Assembly: GCA_964187785.1 (NCBI GenBank)
Contig: OZ076412.1
Coordinates: 53,258,001 to 53,322,000, forward strand
DNA: 64,000 bases
Direction of reading: 5' to 3'
Source of the DNA: Amphiscolops sp. MND2022
Lineage: Eukaryota
Part shown: piece after piece, positions 22,134 to 33,768 of the stretch
How positions within the stretch are numbered: the stretch's first letter is position 1
Layout: each line of letters starts with the position of its first letter
The notes under the pieces: generated by a model
Seen by the model: only the letters and a program-made list of their open reading frames with translations
Told to the model about the DNA's origin: nothing
The model's database searches: none
Made by a program: the position numbers and the translations under genes

Positions 22134-23911
22134 TCGGGCTAAACTTTAAACTTAGGACTTCTACGTCATTTTGTTATACAATACATACTATGTTTGTTGA
22201 TGTTGCTAGCTTCAATATATATACTTGCACATGTAAAATTAGTCTGTTAAAAGTTACATTTGAAGGTCCAAATAATATAGTTGTTGTTTCAAAGATTGAA
22301 AGGCGCTTTGCAATTGTAAACGTAATACGTGACAATGTAGCTGTATAGCGTAAAGGAAACGAGTTCAAGTGGACGAAACTCTTATTCCGGAGACGTCACT
22401 TGAGCTCAGCATTTTAGCCAATCACATCGCTTCTCTTTGCTATTTTAGTACTGCTTTGATTGTGTAGTGGCCGAGTACGGCCAGTTGACTCAATATATAT
22501 ACTTCACTACACGCTTCAGTCAAATGGCCAATTGCGGCCACCTAGATGAAGTGAATTGTATGCTAGTGTAATTAACCATATTAATCGGAAATTGCTATAA
22601 ATGTATCCCCAATGATGAATGAAAGCCTCCACCCCGATCAATGAACCTAGTAGACCTACTACTAATTTAAAGGCCGAATAAGGCCTTTGCCCTCCCTTAT
22701 TACGATGCTAGATTAATAAACCGGATTTGTCTATTTTCGGCTTTGACAAAAAGGTGTGTTACTTTGATGGTGTAGTACTATTTTAAACAAGCTGATCATG
22801 TAATATTTGATTTTGTTTCAACCTGTGTTAAATAATAAACACGTGGCAACGCGTGTCGTAATGACATTTCAAAAGGGATGCCTCTTACATTCCTTCAGTG
22901 AGTATTGGTATTTGTTGACCAGATAATGGTGATGATGTTTTCATAAAACAATGCTTAGTGGTGCGGTTTGTGTACCTACCGAAGTGCTATTTATTTGATG
23001 TTGGATTCTCAGAAATTACCTGAATGTCGGGATTTTACCCGATTGGGAATTCACTCAAATATGTGCTTTGAAGTGTTAATTACTTCACTAGTAATGATGA
23101 TGATGTTTATCCCGTGACCTGTTAAGGCCGTGATCATGTAATATTCTCTTAATCAAAGAATCCGTGGAATGTGGCTGTCACCTTTTGAGAGTATATATAC
23201 CCATGTTTCGAGAGGAGAAGTCATGTTTTCCACATCCCTGCTTTGATAAAGATTGAATTGATATAACGATTCTCAACTAGTTTTCCGGTTTAAATAATTG
23301 AACTATTTGACCCGGTTCTGTCTTGATGCCTGTGACTAGGAAACAAAAGAAAGCGAGGAAATCGAGAGGGGTAGAGATGCTCTCGGATATAGAAAACTTA
23401 GACATCATGCTTGGTGAAAACCATTATAGCAGGAAGGAGAGAGATGAGAGCGTTAATAGTTATCAGGCTAGGGGACCAAGAAGAGTCCCAAAATATGAAT
23501 TTGAAAACAATGGTGAATATAATTGCCTGGAAACAGGTAGTTTCGACCCCGGTACTAGTGCCAATCATGACCAAAATTCAACAGGAGACAATTCAAGTGC
23601 CGAGATCAACCGGTTGTCAAGTGAGTTGAATTCGAGATTGTCTAGGGAACTTGATGATATGATAAGTAGTGTTAATACCCAGATCCAGAGGGCAATCAAT
23701 GATGCGATCAGTGGTCATATTTTACCGCAAATCCAATCTGTCCTAAATGCCGGATCGGGACAATCGACACTAAATAAATGGAACGTTTCGTCCGAGAGAC
23801 CGGAAGTGAACTCCGAAGAAACCTATGGTGAGAAAGCCAAAAAAAGCAATAGAAGTGAGCAGCGCTTTGATTACGAAAATGATAGCCGGCCTAACTTACG
23901 TGCTTACGACA
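22045..23911 (+). repeat. 3' LTR (1867 bp)
   Basis: Copy of 7717-9582, followed by the TSD CATCT. Confidence 0.95.
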
Positions 23912-24061
23912 CATCTACATCTTCTTTTTTCCTGGTTGCCGGTAAGGATTATGTTTTGCTCAAGCGACCTTATTTTTGTTGATTTGATACTGGTGGAGAA
24001 GTGCATAAATCACTAGAGGCTCCAATCACTGACGTGATTCATTAGACAGGTGTACAAGGTA

Positions 24062-24785
24062 TGTACCGTCCAGCAAAAGACGTCACAAAAATTCGATGAA
24101 ATGTGCGATAGCAAAATTTCTAAATCAAGATGGCCGACCTGACAGGTACTGGAAATTGAAAAGGATGATGAAAAATAATGCAAAGACACCCCCTCCAGCC
24201 CGAGAGAGAACACACCGCCACAGAAGTATCCCCGATATCGCTGTGTTGTGCCATCTCCCTCGGAAGACGTCCCAGCTGCCAGCAGAGCCCGAAGAATGGC
24301 CCAAGAGATGAAGAAACTCAGAAGTTTGCATATTTTGCATGTGCCACCTAGTAGGTCCAAGACCAAGGCTCTCTGACATTGACGCCTGATGTTTCTTTAG
24401 CCTGTTGTACCATATTTGTGGTTTTTGTAGAAGTTTGGTGATGTTATAGCCCTTATTTCAGCCAGTTTAGACGTTATTCACTAATTAAATGTACTTTGGC
24501 TAAACCCCTGTTTTTGGACCTCGGAGGTATTTAGGAACACGCAGGAGCCTTAGGAATTGTTTTTACAGGCTTGTGGGACGTGTCCGGACTTTGAGAGCGC
24601 CGGCACGTCGCCTCGGAGCTCTAATAGAGGAGACTCCTTAGACAATTGGAAAAGTCCCTTTTAGGAGACCAATTTGGGAATAAAAACAAATGCCTAGGGC
24701 TGTAGTAACACAACCGTCTCCTGTCTAAGCACCCTAGGCATTGTCCCACTTCTATGATGTACTCTGCTAGGTGGCTGACGTTACA
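24062..24785 (+). repeat. 5' LTR of element 2 (724 bp)
   Basis: Direct repeat of 28370-29094. Confidence 0.9.
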
Positions 24786-24801
24786 TCTAGAATAGTTTTT
24801 T

Positions 24802-24819
24802 TGGCGCCCCACAAGGGAC
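24802..24819 (+). promoter_or_regulatory. PBS TGGCGCCCCACAAGGGAC (tRNA-Lys-like)
   Basis: 15/18 match to the classical Lys(UUU) PBS TGGCGCCCGAACAGGGAC; 16 nt downstream of the LTR. Confidence 0.7.
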
Positions 24820-27335
24820 CTTTTTCTTTTCGTCATAATAGGAGTTTTTCCTGCTTTCCGGCCCTGTTAGGTCCGGATCTAGGAAAATTTGTTGGAGAGT
24901 CTTAAATTGTTTTTATTGCCTTAGTCAAGCCTGGTAGGCTTTCTACTAACTGAATTCCTGCGTTTCCTGTGTATTCTCGGGGTCTGAAAGGTAAAATACC
25001 CGATTTTGGACAAAGTACCGTTTCAACACCGTTTCTGCTTACCGAGATTGAACATCCGGCTCAACCGGATAGTGTTTTAAAGGGTTTTGTAGCCTCATTT
25101 CAGCTTGGTAGTAATGTATGGGAACTGCAGGGACGTGGTGTGAGCGCCTCCACTAGCTGTAACGACGGAGTGACGTATTTCACGGCAACACCCTCTTGAC
25201 CCACTGGTGGACAACTAAGAATTGGATGCGTTACAATCTCCTCTTTTCTTTTCGTGGCTTTAAAAGCCTATTCCCAGGCGTACCCTCATTAGTAAGAACT
25301 GAGAAAAATACCCACTGGGTATTCCCATGGTTTTTTAAAAAAATATAGCGAGCTAGCTATAACACCTGATATAGCTCAGTTTTCAACTTGGTTACTTTCA
25401 AAAGCCAAAATTTTTCAGAAGAGGGTACGGCCAGTGGGAATACAATAACAACGTTCCATCAGACCTGCTAGGTCAGGAACAGAAAATTTTGTTTGTCTAA
25501 AATACTGAAACATCAAAAAATTTAGCGATCTTTGTTGAAAAAACATCAATTTTGGCATAAAAGACCAAAATTGGTGAGGGCGAAGCCTTGGACGTTTGTT
25601 CCCAAGCTTTCAGATTTCCCAAAAACGTAGTTCCCGAGCTTGGTGGTACAGAACATTACTGTCAAGACAATTTTTAACATCCCCCAATAAAATTGAAACT
25701 TTAACCCCTGGTTTTCTTTGATATACATTGACCTGAGTAGAGGACCCCATAGACCTGAGAGTTATAACATCAAAATTAATAATTGAAATGACCCCAGTCC
25801 CCTAAACATAGGCATTACACCTTGACACATTACTGTTAGAACTATCCCGAACATCTGGGAACCGAGAAATAGAAAGTTCTTAGGGAAAATACGTGTTTTT
25901 CATAAGTGTTCCCAGAGTGTAAAAGGTGTAACTTGAAAATATTTTGAGGGACTTTATTTGGAACCTGCCAGGTTTCGCTTGCCTATTTTCTGTTAGTACA
26001 AAGTATAACGTTGCAATCGCAGAAAACTGCGAGTAATTTCAACCAGTGGTTGCCGAGAAATAGCCAAAAACGTGTTACTTCAGTGACAATATCGGTACAC
26101 TGGAGTAGTGTTCCTGAGACAGGTCGGAATCTCTCCTGGTAGAAGCAGCCAAAAACACATTGCACCATCGTGTAAACCGCAAAAAGTTACGTTAGTAGTG
26201 TAAGTTTTGTAGCGCTACCAATACTAGTGATTGAGAAATCTTAGCCGAAGTTTTGCTCAAAAATTGTACGAAATTGTCAAAAAAAATCGAGTTTTAGTTG
26301 AGCATAGTACTACACCTTCGGAGTACCCAGCACTAAAATTCTTGCATTTTTGTACATATGGCACTAGATCCCGACAATTTGTGCATTTTGAGCAGCTTGG
26401 TACAGTCCAACTTGGAGAAATGGACAATTTTGTGAATTTTGACCCCAAAAAGTGACACATAGGGTACATCATAGTTTTGTCAACTCGGATAGCAGAATAT
26501 TGACTTGGGCACCCCACTAAATTGTTTTTCTGTTACGTGGGCAAATTTCACGCTCGCATACATTATTTCAGGTAGCTAGGACGCCTAGAACGCGAGTTTG
26601 ACCAATTTTTGTGAATTTCACGACATATTTTCTGTGAACATTGTTAAGTGACCGTAACACCCACAGAGTCAATTTCTACGCAAACGGCAGTAAGTTTCCC
26701 ACAATTTGGTCACACTAGTATACTTTGTTACATTTTCAGGTCCCTACCAGCTCTAGAAGTGAATTTCACCCTTCCCAGGCGTGCGTATCAGCGAAAACTG
26801 CCGATTTTGTGAATTTTTGCGAAAAATCACAATTTTCGGGGCTGTAGTTGTAAGTGAGTGCTCCAACGACCCTAGTCCTACACCAGGCATCCATAGCACG
26901 TACTGTTGAAGCACTTTGAATAGAGCTAGGCCAACCCTGAGATCTCGGTTTGTCGAAAAACTGTCTACAAGACGAAGAAGCGAAAAACACAAAAACCTTG
27001 TTTTTTCTCTCAACAGCTATCAAAGTCACTTGAGTGCAATCAATTCATTGAGATTACGCATACTCAGTGCCCTACGGGCCCTACGGGTGCTGGAGCGCGC
27101 GCTTATAGGCATTTTTGGAGGTTTAGATTTTGTACGCAGTGCGTCTCAAAACAAAACAACAAAGGCTATAGTGACTACCTTAGTTGAAACAGAACGCCTT
27201 TTCTGATCGTGCTACGATCGTAAAGCAAGAAAGCACTTCAAACTCAGTGTCCCTCTTTCTACTCACCGCCAAAGTCTCTCCCTTGTCCCTAATCACATTT
27301 TTGTTTTTACTTGTGCTCTCCAGAAACAGGGCAGC

Positions 27336-28685
27336 ATGAGTGACGAAACGACTTTTCAAACAATCTAACGTCTGTAGCCAAGCAGGCTTCCCAAAAAATC
27401 AATATTCGTTGCTCGATTCATGCCTAGGGTGAACCTCGGTTCTCGGTACCACAGTTGCGTGAACCATATCAATGTGAAAACACCGGACAAGAGATTGGCC
27501 CGGGGAGTACCTGTAGTCTCCCGAGAGAAAACAACACCAAGCATGATAAAATACCTGGAGCTTCGAAGCTCTGAGAACTGCTTGGCCAGCGGCCGTGCTT
27601 TTAAAACTCCACTGATTGCTCTGGAACGCATTTTTATTGCCAAAGACTGTTTTCATTGTTTTAATGATCTGCCATACCTGATTTATTAACTTCCGTTGGT
27701 CATAGTCTATCATCGCTATCGACATAATCATCCTCTTGAGAAGCAGTTTATTTCCATCTTTTACATATACACTGGTGCCTATTTTACCTACACAACACCT
27801 TTATCTGAGCGTACACTGCAAACTCAATAGATTGAATTGGTCCTCACTTTTGGTGACATTTTTGATTTATGGGATCAATTTTTCCGCTGGTGCTATTTTT
27901 TGTGCAGTTTCTGTTGGCCAAGAACTACGACCGTTTTGCAAGACCACAGCCATTACTTTTATTTTTCGCTTTTCAAGTGCTATCGTGCATTTTGTTCAAC
28001 CTTACCTATCAGGTAGGACCCAGGTTGATGTCAATCCTGTTGTGATGTGTGCTTTTTATACAGATGCATTAAAATAAAGTGATAGAAATTTTAGGTGCGA
28101 AATTAAAAATTTGAAAACGTTTCCAATAAAATGCTGTGTGTCTAAAGTTGCTAATGCTATTCCAGTGCTAGAACCCATTATTGATGTGGAATCTGAGGAG
28201 GCCTGCTAGGCTAGCTGCAAAAACTCATCTTTTTGGGCAATGATATTTTGGGCAACGACTTTCATTTAGATTCCTGAAGCTGTTGCAACAGTATCACTGG
28301 ATGATGGCAACCGAGACGTGAACATCCACTCTCGTTTGTCGAGGACGACAAACTACGGCCCGGGGAGGATGTAACGTCCAGCAAAAGACGTCACAAAAAT
28401 TCGATGAAATGTGCGATAGCAAAATTTCTAAATCAAGATGGCCGACCTGACAGGTATTGGAAATTGAAAAGGATGATGGAAAATAATGCAAAGGAACCCC
28501 CACCCAGCCCGAGGGAGAACACACCACCACAGAAGTATCCCCGAAATCGCCGTGTTGTGCCATCTCCCTCGGAAGACGTCCCAGCTGCCAGCAGAACCCG
28601 ACGAATGGCCCAAGAGATGAAGAAACTCAGAAGTTTGCATATTTTGCATGTGCCACCTAGTAGGTCCAAGACCAAGGCTCGCTGA
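27336..28685 (+). pseudogene. Decayed accessory ORF of element 2 running into U3; product unknown
   Basis: ATG at 27336 after a pyrimidine tract and CAG; broken plus-strand frames 27420-27689 and 27736-28077; frame open 28305-28685 across the PPT/LTR junction. Confidence 0.4.
28362..28369 (+). promoter_or_regulatory. Polypurine tract GGGGAGGA of element 2
   Basis: Purine run directly abutting TGTAAC of the 3' LTR. Confidence 0.7.
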
Positions 28686-29094
28686 CACTGACGCCTGATG
28701 TTTCTTTAGCCTGTTGTACCATATTTGTGGTTTTTCTAGATGTTTGGTGATGTTATAGCCCTTATTTCAGCCAGTTTAGATGTTATTCACTAATTAAATG
28801 TACTTTGGCTAAACCCCTGTTTTTGGACCTCGGAGGTATGTAGGAACACGCAGGAGCATTAGGAATTGTTTTTACAGGCTTGTGGGACGTGTCCGGACTT
28901 TGAGAGCGCCGGCACGTCGCCTCGGAGCTCTAATAGAGGAGACTCCTTAGACAATTGGAAAAGTCCCTTTTAGGAGACCATTTTGGGAATAAAAACTAAT
29001 GCCTAGGGCTGTAGTAACAAAACGGTCTCCTGTCTACGCACCCTAGGCATTGTCCCACTTCTATGATGTACTCTGCTAGGTGGCTGACGTTACA
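28370..29094 (+). repeat. 3' LTR of element 2 (725 bp)
   Basis: Direct repeat of 24062-24785. Confidence 0.9.
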
Positions 29095-30726
29095 ATATTT
29101 TGGGCGTAGATGCCAAGCCAAGTAACAATGAAAAGCAATGAGATAACGTCAGAAAGTCCGAAAAACGAGGCGGGATGTCTGCTCGACATTGCAATCAAAA
29201 CCAGTATACATATCAGTAAATCCGTTAGTGTCTGCAATAAGTATCCCAGTAGAGGCAATAGCCTTTTTCCAATTAGCCAATTTCAATAATTGTGAAATTT
29301 GTCCGCGGGAATAGAAAAGCAATATAAAGCGTGAGTACACTTCTATGAAAGACTGACTCTCTCTGAGCGCTCCACGATTCGAAGCGCTGCGAAACCCAAA
29401 AACATAATGATCTAAACATTTTCCTTGATCTGTGTGAATTAAACACATGAGACTCGATATTGATTCTCCAAACTTGTAAAATTTGTTTGGCTTTTTGTCG
29501 GAGCTCCCCTCCTAATACCAGAGAAGCAACTAAGCTGAATCAAAAAATATCCACTCAAGTTGCACCTTTATGAGCTTCTTTTCCATACAATAAAACAAAA
29601 TTTTCTTTTTGTTGAGCTTCATTTTTCAGTTAAGCCGACGTATTTTCCACTATTTATACGGAAACATCCGAATTAGTTACGTTTGCACTGTGGACATAAG
29701 CAGGAATACTGCCTTTCATACGCTGCTGTCTAATTGATATTGTAATGACGATGGCTAAATAATGCTGCTAAGTTTACATTTTCAGCAGAACGATTTGGGA
29801 AAAGTCGTTTTGGAGGGTCTTAGCGTGTTTGGTTTTCCTAGAAGGATTAAGCTCGGTAGTCGTACGTTTTATGTTTTCACTAGCCGTCAGTACAGCACTC
29901 GAAACATTGTTAAATCAGCTGCGCCCCCAAATGTTTCTTTATCCCAAGTGTTTGATGTTACGGTGAACTTGTAATTTTGAAATCTTTTTCTATCTTTTAT
30001 ATCCCAAATTATATCATATACGCGGTCTTTAAGTTCGCGTATCCTTTCTTGATTGAATGATCTTTCGTGAATTGAGTTTTGAGAAGGTTTAAAAACATTC
30101 AATCGACAATCCGAGCAGAAGCGACTTTCTTTTACCTTGATCTCAGAACGCAAGATAGATAAGTCTGGAATAGGTTTTTTTCCGGAGGTTCAAGTGAAGA
30201 ACAAACTTTTTAGTGGGAGTTAGGCCTAAAAGTGACTTAATGTAGAGAAGTAAAATTCGTATTTTGCACATTATTCGTTCACGTATATATTAAAAGTTAG
30301 TGTACAGGTGGTTGGACCAATAGAGGTTCGTCGACAGCCCTCTGGGTTCGGAATATCTTCTGCTTCTCGTTGTTGTGCATTCAATTAAAGCTGTATATGG
30401 TTTTCATGGGACTCACTGAAACATTGTCGAAAGCCTCTGATCGTGGCATCAGAACTCATGAAGTGTTTACAGCAATAATCAATTGATTTTGAAAGGGTCC
30501 AGGGGACTCGCTCTTGTAGTACGTAAATTGTTGCTTCACAAATTTCTTGAAACTGCATTAAGCCTGTGAATAAACGTGCATTTGGGAGCCGTGAAATACT
30601 GTATTGGATTGTTAATTTCCGCCCACATAAATGGGCGAAGAAAATCATGATCTGTGACGCGTTTTTTTTACCAATTCTGCCAAAACCCCACTTTATCTCC
30701 ACTCCATTTATGCACTTTGTTCAATT

Positions 30727-30835
30727 ATGGTGGCTCAGTCAGGTTGTAGGTCCTGGGTTCGAACCAGGGCTGGTGCTTGAATTTTTTTGTTTCCCAGCAA
30801 GTAGGTCGTGGGTTCGAACCTCTCCTTCGCCATAC
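30727..30835 (+). repeat. tRNA-derived SINE-like remnants (A-box plus two B-boxes)
   Basis: TGGCTCAGTCAGG followed by GGTTCGAACC twice; not a complete cloverleaf. Confidence 0.4.
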
Positions 30836-30949
30836 TTTTTTTGCAATAAGCGTGTCGCGGAAAATATCCCGGTGCTTAGCGGGCGTCTTGTTTTATATAC
30901 CATGCAGGGGTTCGAGACACTGAAACATTCAAACTTTCAAAAAGTCCAG

Positions 30950-33360
30950 TAGGACATTATGAGTTTCCAGAACTGTGAATCGAGCATAATCCTTCTTCGA
31001 GATTTTAATGCACGTACTGGTTTGGGTATTGATTCCGTTGGATTTGACAGCGAGTATATTAAAATTGCTCATAGGTGTAACAGTGATAAGATTATAAATA
31101 CCAATATACGTCTTTTGCTCTATCTTTGCGATCTTTGCAAGACTACGGGAATGAGCATCGTTAACGGCAGAGTAGGATCAGATAAGGGCATTGTTGAATT
31201 TACGTGCAAACGCACAACGGCAAAAATCTCATCGACTACTTCCTAATTGAGAGCCCATGTCTAGAGTGCCATACAATTTCGATGAGAGACTTTCGGATGT
31301 TCAGTGTGCAATTGTGTTGAAATTGATCGGAGGGACAAAAATCGAGTTCATGTTTCCAAAATGGGGGACTAAAATCAGTAAGAAAGTGGAATGATTTAAC
31401 TAGAGAGCTTCATAGCTCAGCCGTACACTATGAGCAGGCCACTGAAATTGAGAAATTTTTCTGAGAAGGGTCTAACACATTGGTAATTGTAAACGAAGTC
31501 AACACCCGATGAGTCAAGGTAATTAAAGATACTGCAATGGAAACATGTGCCCAACGAATATTACAGAAGGAAAAAATCGAATTCCAATTCATGGTTTGAC
31601 GATGAGCGCCAAACGGAATGATCAGCATATAGGAAAAAATATCGAAGATCAATACTAGATGGCGATAACGAAGATCGCAAGGTACTATAAAAATTTTCTG
31701 ATGAAGTAGAGTTTGGCGGTTTCTGAAAAAGATCTTCTAGGACTTAGAAACAAAAAGACAAAAGATCTTAAATGCTACTGGACATTACTGAAAAGCTTCA
31801 GCAGAAACGAAAAAAGTAAACCAATGAAAAAGAGAATCTTTTTGGAACATTTCAAGGAACTTAACATTCTCTCGACCCCAGCTGTAAAGATTGTAACATA
31901 TCGTGTGAAGTGTTAAAACTGATAAATCCAAGTTGAATAAAACCATTTCGCTCGATGAAGTGAAGTGTAGTCTGAAGAAAACTCGTAAAGGTAAATCAGC
32001 TGGTCATGATGATGTTTTCCCAGAGTTCCTCAAGTTTGCTAACGAGTCTATCGCGAATCGTTCGACACCATACTTCAAGAAGGTTCAAGAAAGTGGCTTT
32101 GTTCCCAATGGCTCGGCCCTTTCATCTTGGGTCCTGACTATAACAAAGGGGATAGGGATAACCGAGTAACTATAAAGTCATCTCCCTCAGTTGTCTGTGT
32201 AAGGTATTCACGTCTCTCATTGCAGACCGAATTCAATGCGACCATGACAATAAGCAGCTTTTGGTCAGAGGCAAGCAAGATTTAAGGAACATGTAGGGTG
32301 TTTTGATCACGCTTTTAGCCTACACGCAATAATATTGATTGACTTAGCGATTAAAGAGATTATTTGCAACATTTGTTGATTATGAGGAAGCCTTGTGTTG
32401 AACACTCTTTGTTCTGGGAGAAAATCTGGAAAATATGGTATTCATCGTAGAGTTTTGTCGGTGACAAGAAAATTATACAAAAGAATAAACCTGCGCGGAT
32501 GTTAACAGATTGCTTATAGACGTTTTCGAATGTCGGGTACGAGTGAGTCCAGGCAACAATCTCTCGCCCCTTCATTTTATCCTTTTAATGAAAAACTCCG
32601 AAAACTACGTCTGCTCTAAACTGCAAGGTATATCCCTCGAGGATGCCAACCTGCAGACAATCTTTAAGCTTTATGTATTTTTGTATGCTGATGATACTCT
32701 ACTTTTTGGTGACAATGAAACCAATTCACATGACGCTCTTAATGCAACGTTAGATTAGTGCTGAAGTAATAATATTTGCATTAATTTACGCAAAATTAAC
32801 TTTATAATATTTTCTTGTAGGTAAAGCTAAAAAAACTTAATGGCCAGTCGACCGACAGAGTTGGCTTGTTTTTATACATGGAAATAGTCTTCAGGTAGAA
32901 CAATACTTTTCAATCTGAGACGAAACACAACAAAAAAGACAAGAAAGCTCGCTTCGAAATGGAAAAAAGGTTTCGTAAAAACGATCCTGAAATCGAACAG
33001 CGTCTTCTTTGGTTTTTTTCCGTATTATCACCCATTCTTTTATATTGATGCGAACTATGGGGCTAAAAGAACTTGGTGCAAGTTGAAAGTTTTCTCAAAA
33101 AGTTTCTTCGACGCATTCTGAAGGTCACTAAAAGTTCGCCCATTGCTATGGTTTGTGGAGTACTCAATAGGCAAGAAATGAAGTTTACTGTCTGGAAGCG
33201 AATGGTCAACGTTTAGAAAGAACTGATCAAACCAAATAATAAGTTATCGTGTGGTTTTCGCCTTTGATTAGACAACTGCAAAGTTGCAGAGTTGTCACAC
33301 CACGGAAGTCAGAGATAAAAAAAATTCCTAAATTGTGGGGTAGCAACGGCAGGCAAGTAT
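30950..33360 (+). pseudogene. Decayed LINE ORF2 (APE-RT; L2/Crack/Daphne-like)
   Basis: ILLRDFNARTG, IVNGRVGSDKGIVEFTC (APE); KGKSAGHDDVFPEFLK, VRVSPGNNLSPLHF, VFLYADDTLLF (RT). Confidence 0.85.
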
Positions 33361-33745
33361 GCATGTTTCGTCTTTGATTACGCGTTCAACAGTTTTTTGA
33401 AAAGAAAATGTGAAGATTTAGCTTTTCAATCATGGCAAGTAATGCTTCATGTGAACCCACAATAAGAACATTACCGATCATATAAGCATTGACTAGAACT
33501 ACAGCGATATCTGAAAACATTAGAAAGCCTGAAAGTGTCAAACTAACCAATTTTATGTATTCGTCTGCTACTCTACCAAAACTCACCCTAAATTAATGAA
33601 ATATGACCAGCTGATGAATACATCTAAAGGAGCTCTTCTGATAAACGTGTCAAAGCTTGTCCAATACATTTTAAACTGTTGCACCGGTATTGATGAATGT
33701 TTGTTACCAGCGATTTTCACGCCATCGGGCAACAAAATTAATTAA

Positions 33746-33768
33746 CTCTCTCTCTCTCTCCCTCTCTC
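33746..33768. repeat. (CT)n microsatellite
   Basis: ctctctctctctctccctctctc. Confidence 0.8.

Larger units (their letters stand above)
7717..23911 (+). mobile_element. Full-length 16.2-kb Ty3/Gypsy LTR retrotransposon with accessory genes (decayed copy)
   Basis: Paired LTRs with TG...CA ends, terminal inverted repeat TGTCGCAGGC / GCCTACGACA, 5-bp TSD CATCT (7712-7716 and 23912-23916), PBS, and gag plus PR-RT-RH-IN order. Confidence 0.95.
24062..29094 (+). mobile_element. Non-autonomous LTR retroelement (5.0 kb) lacking recognisable gag/pol
   Basis: LTRs 24062-24785 and 28370-29094 (~96% identical), TGTAACGTC...GACGTTACA termini, PBS and PPT present; no TSD found. Confidence 0.85.

Noticed and set aside
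22045-23982. Start of a second, tandem Gypsy element (the gag N-terminus reappears)
   Set aside because: Identity stops exactly at CGACA followed by the TSD CATCT, and no PBS follows; this is the 3' LTR, which contains the gag 5' part.
30727-30835. tRNA genes (similar B-boxes also near 34625, 35405 and 46860)
   Set aside because: There are A/B boxes but no complete cloverleaf or anticodon arm; treated as SINE remnants.
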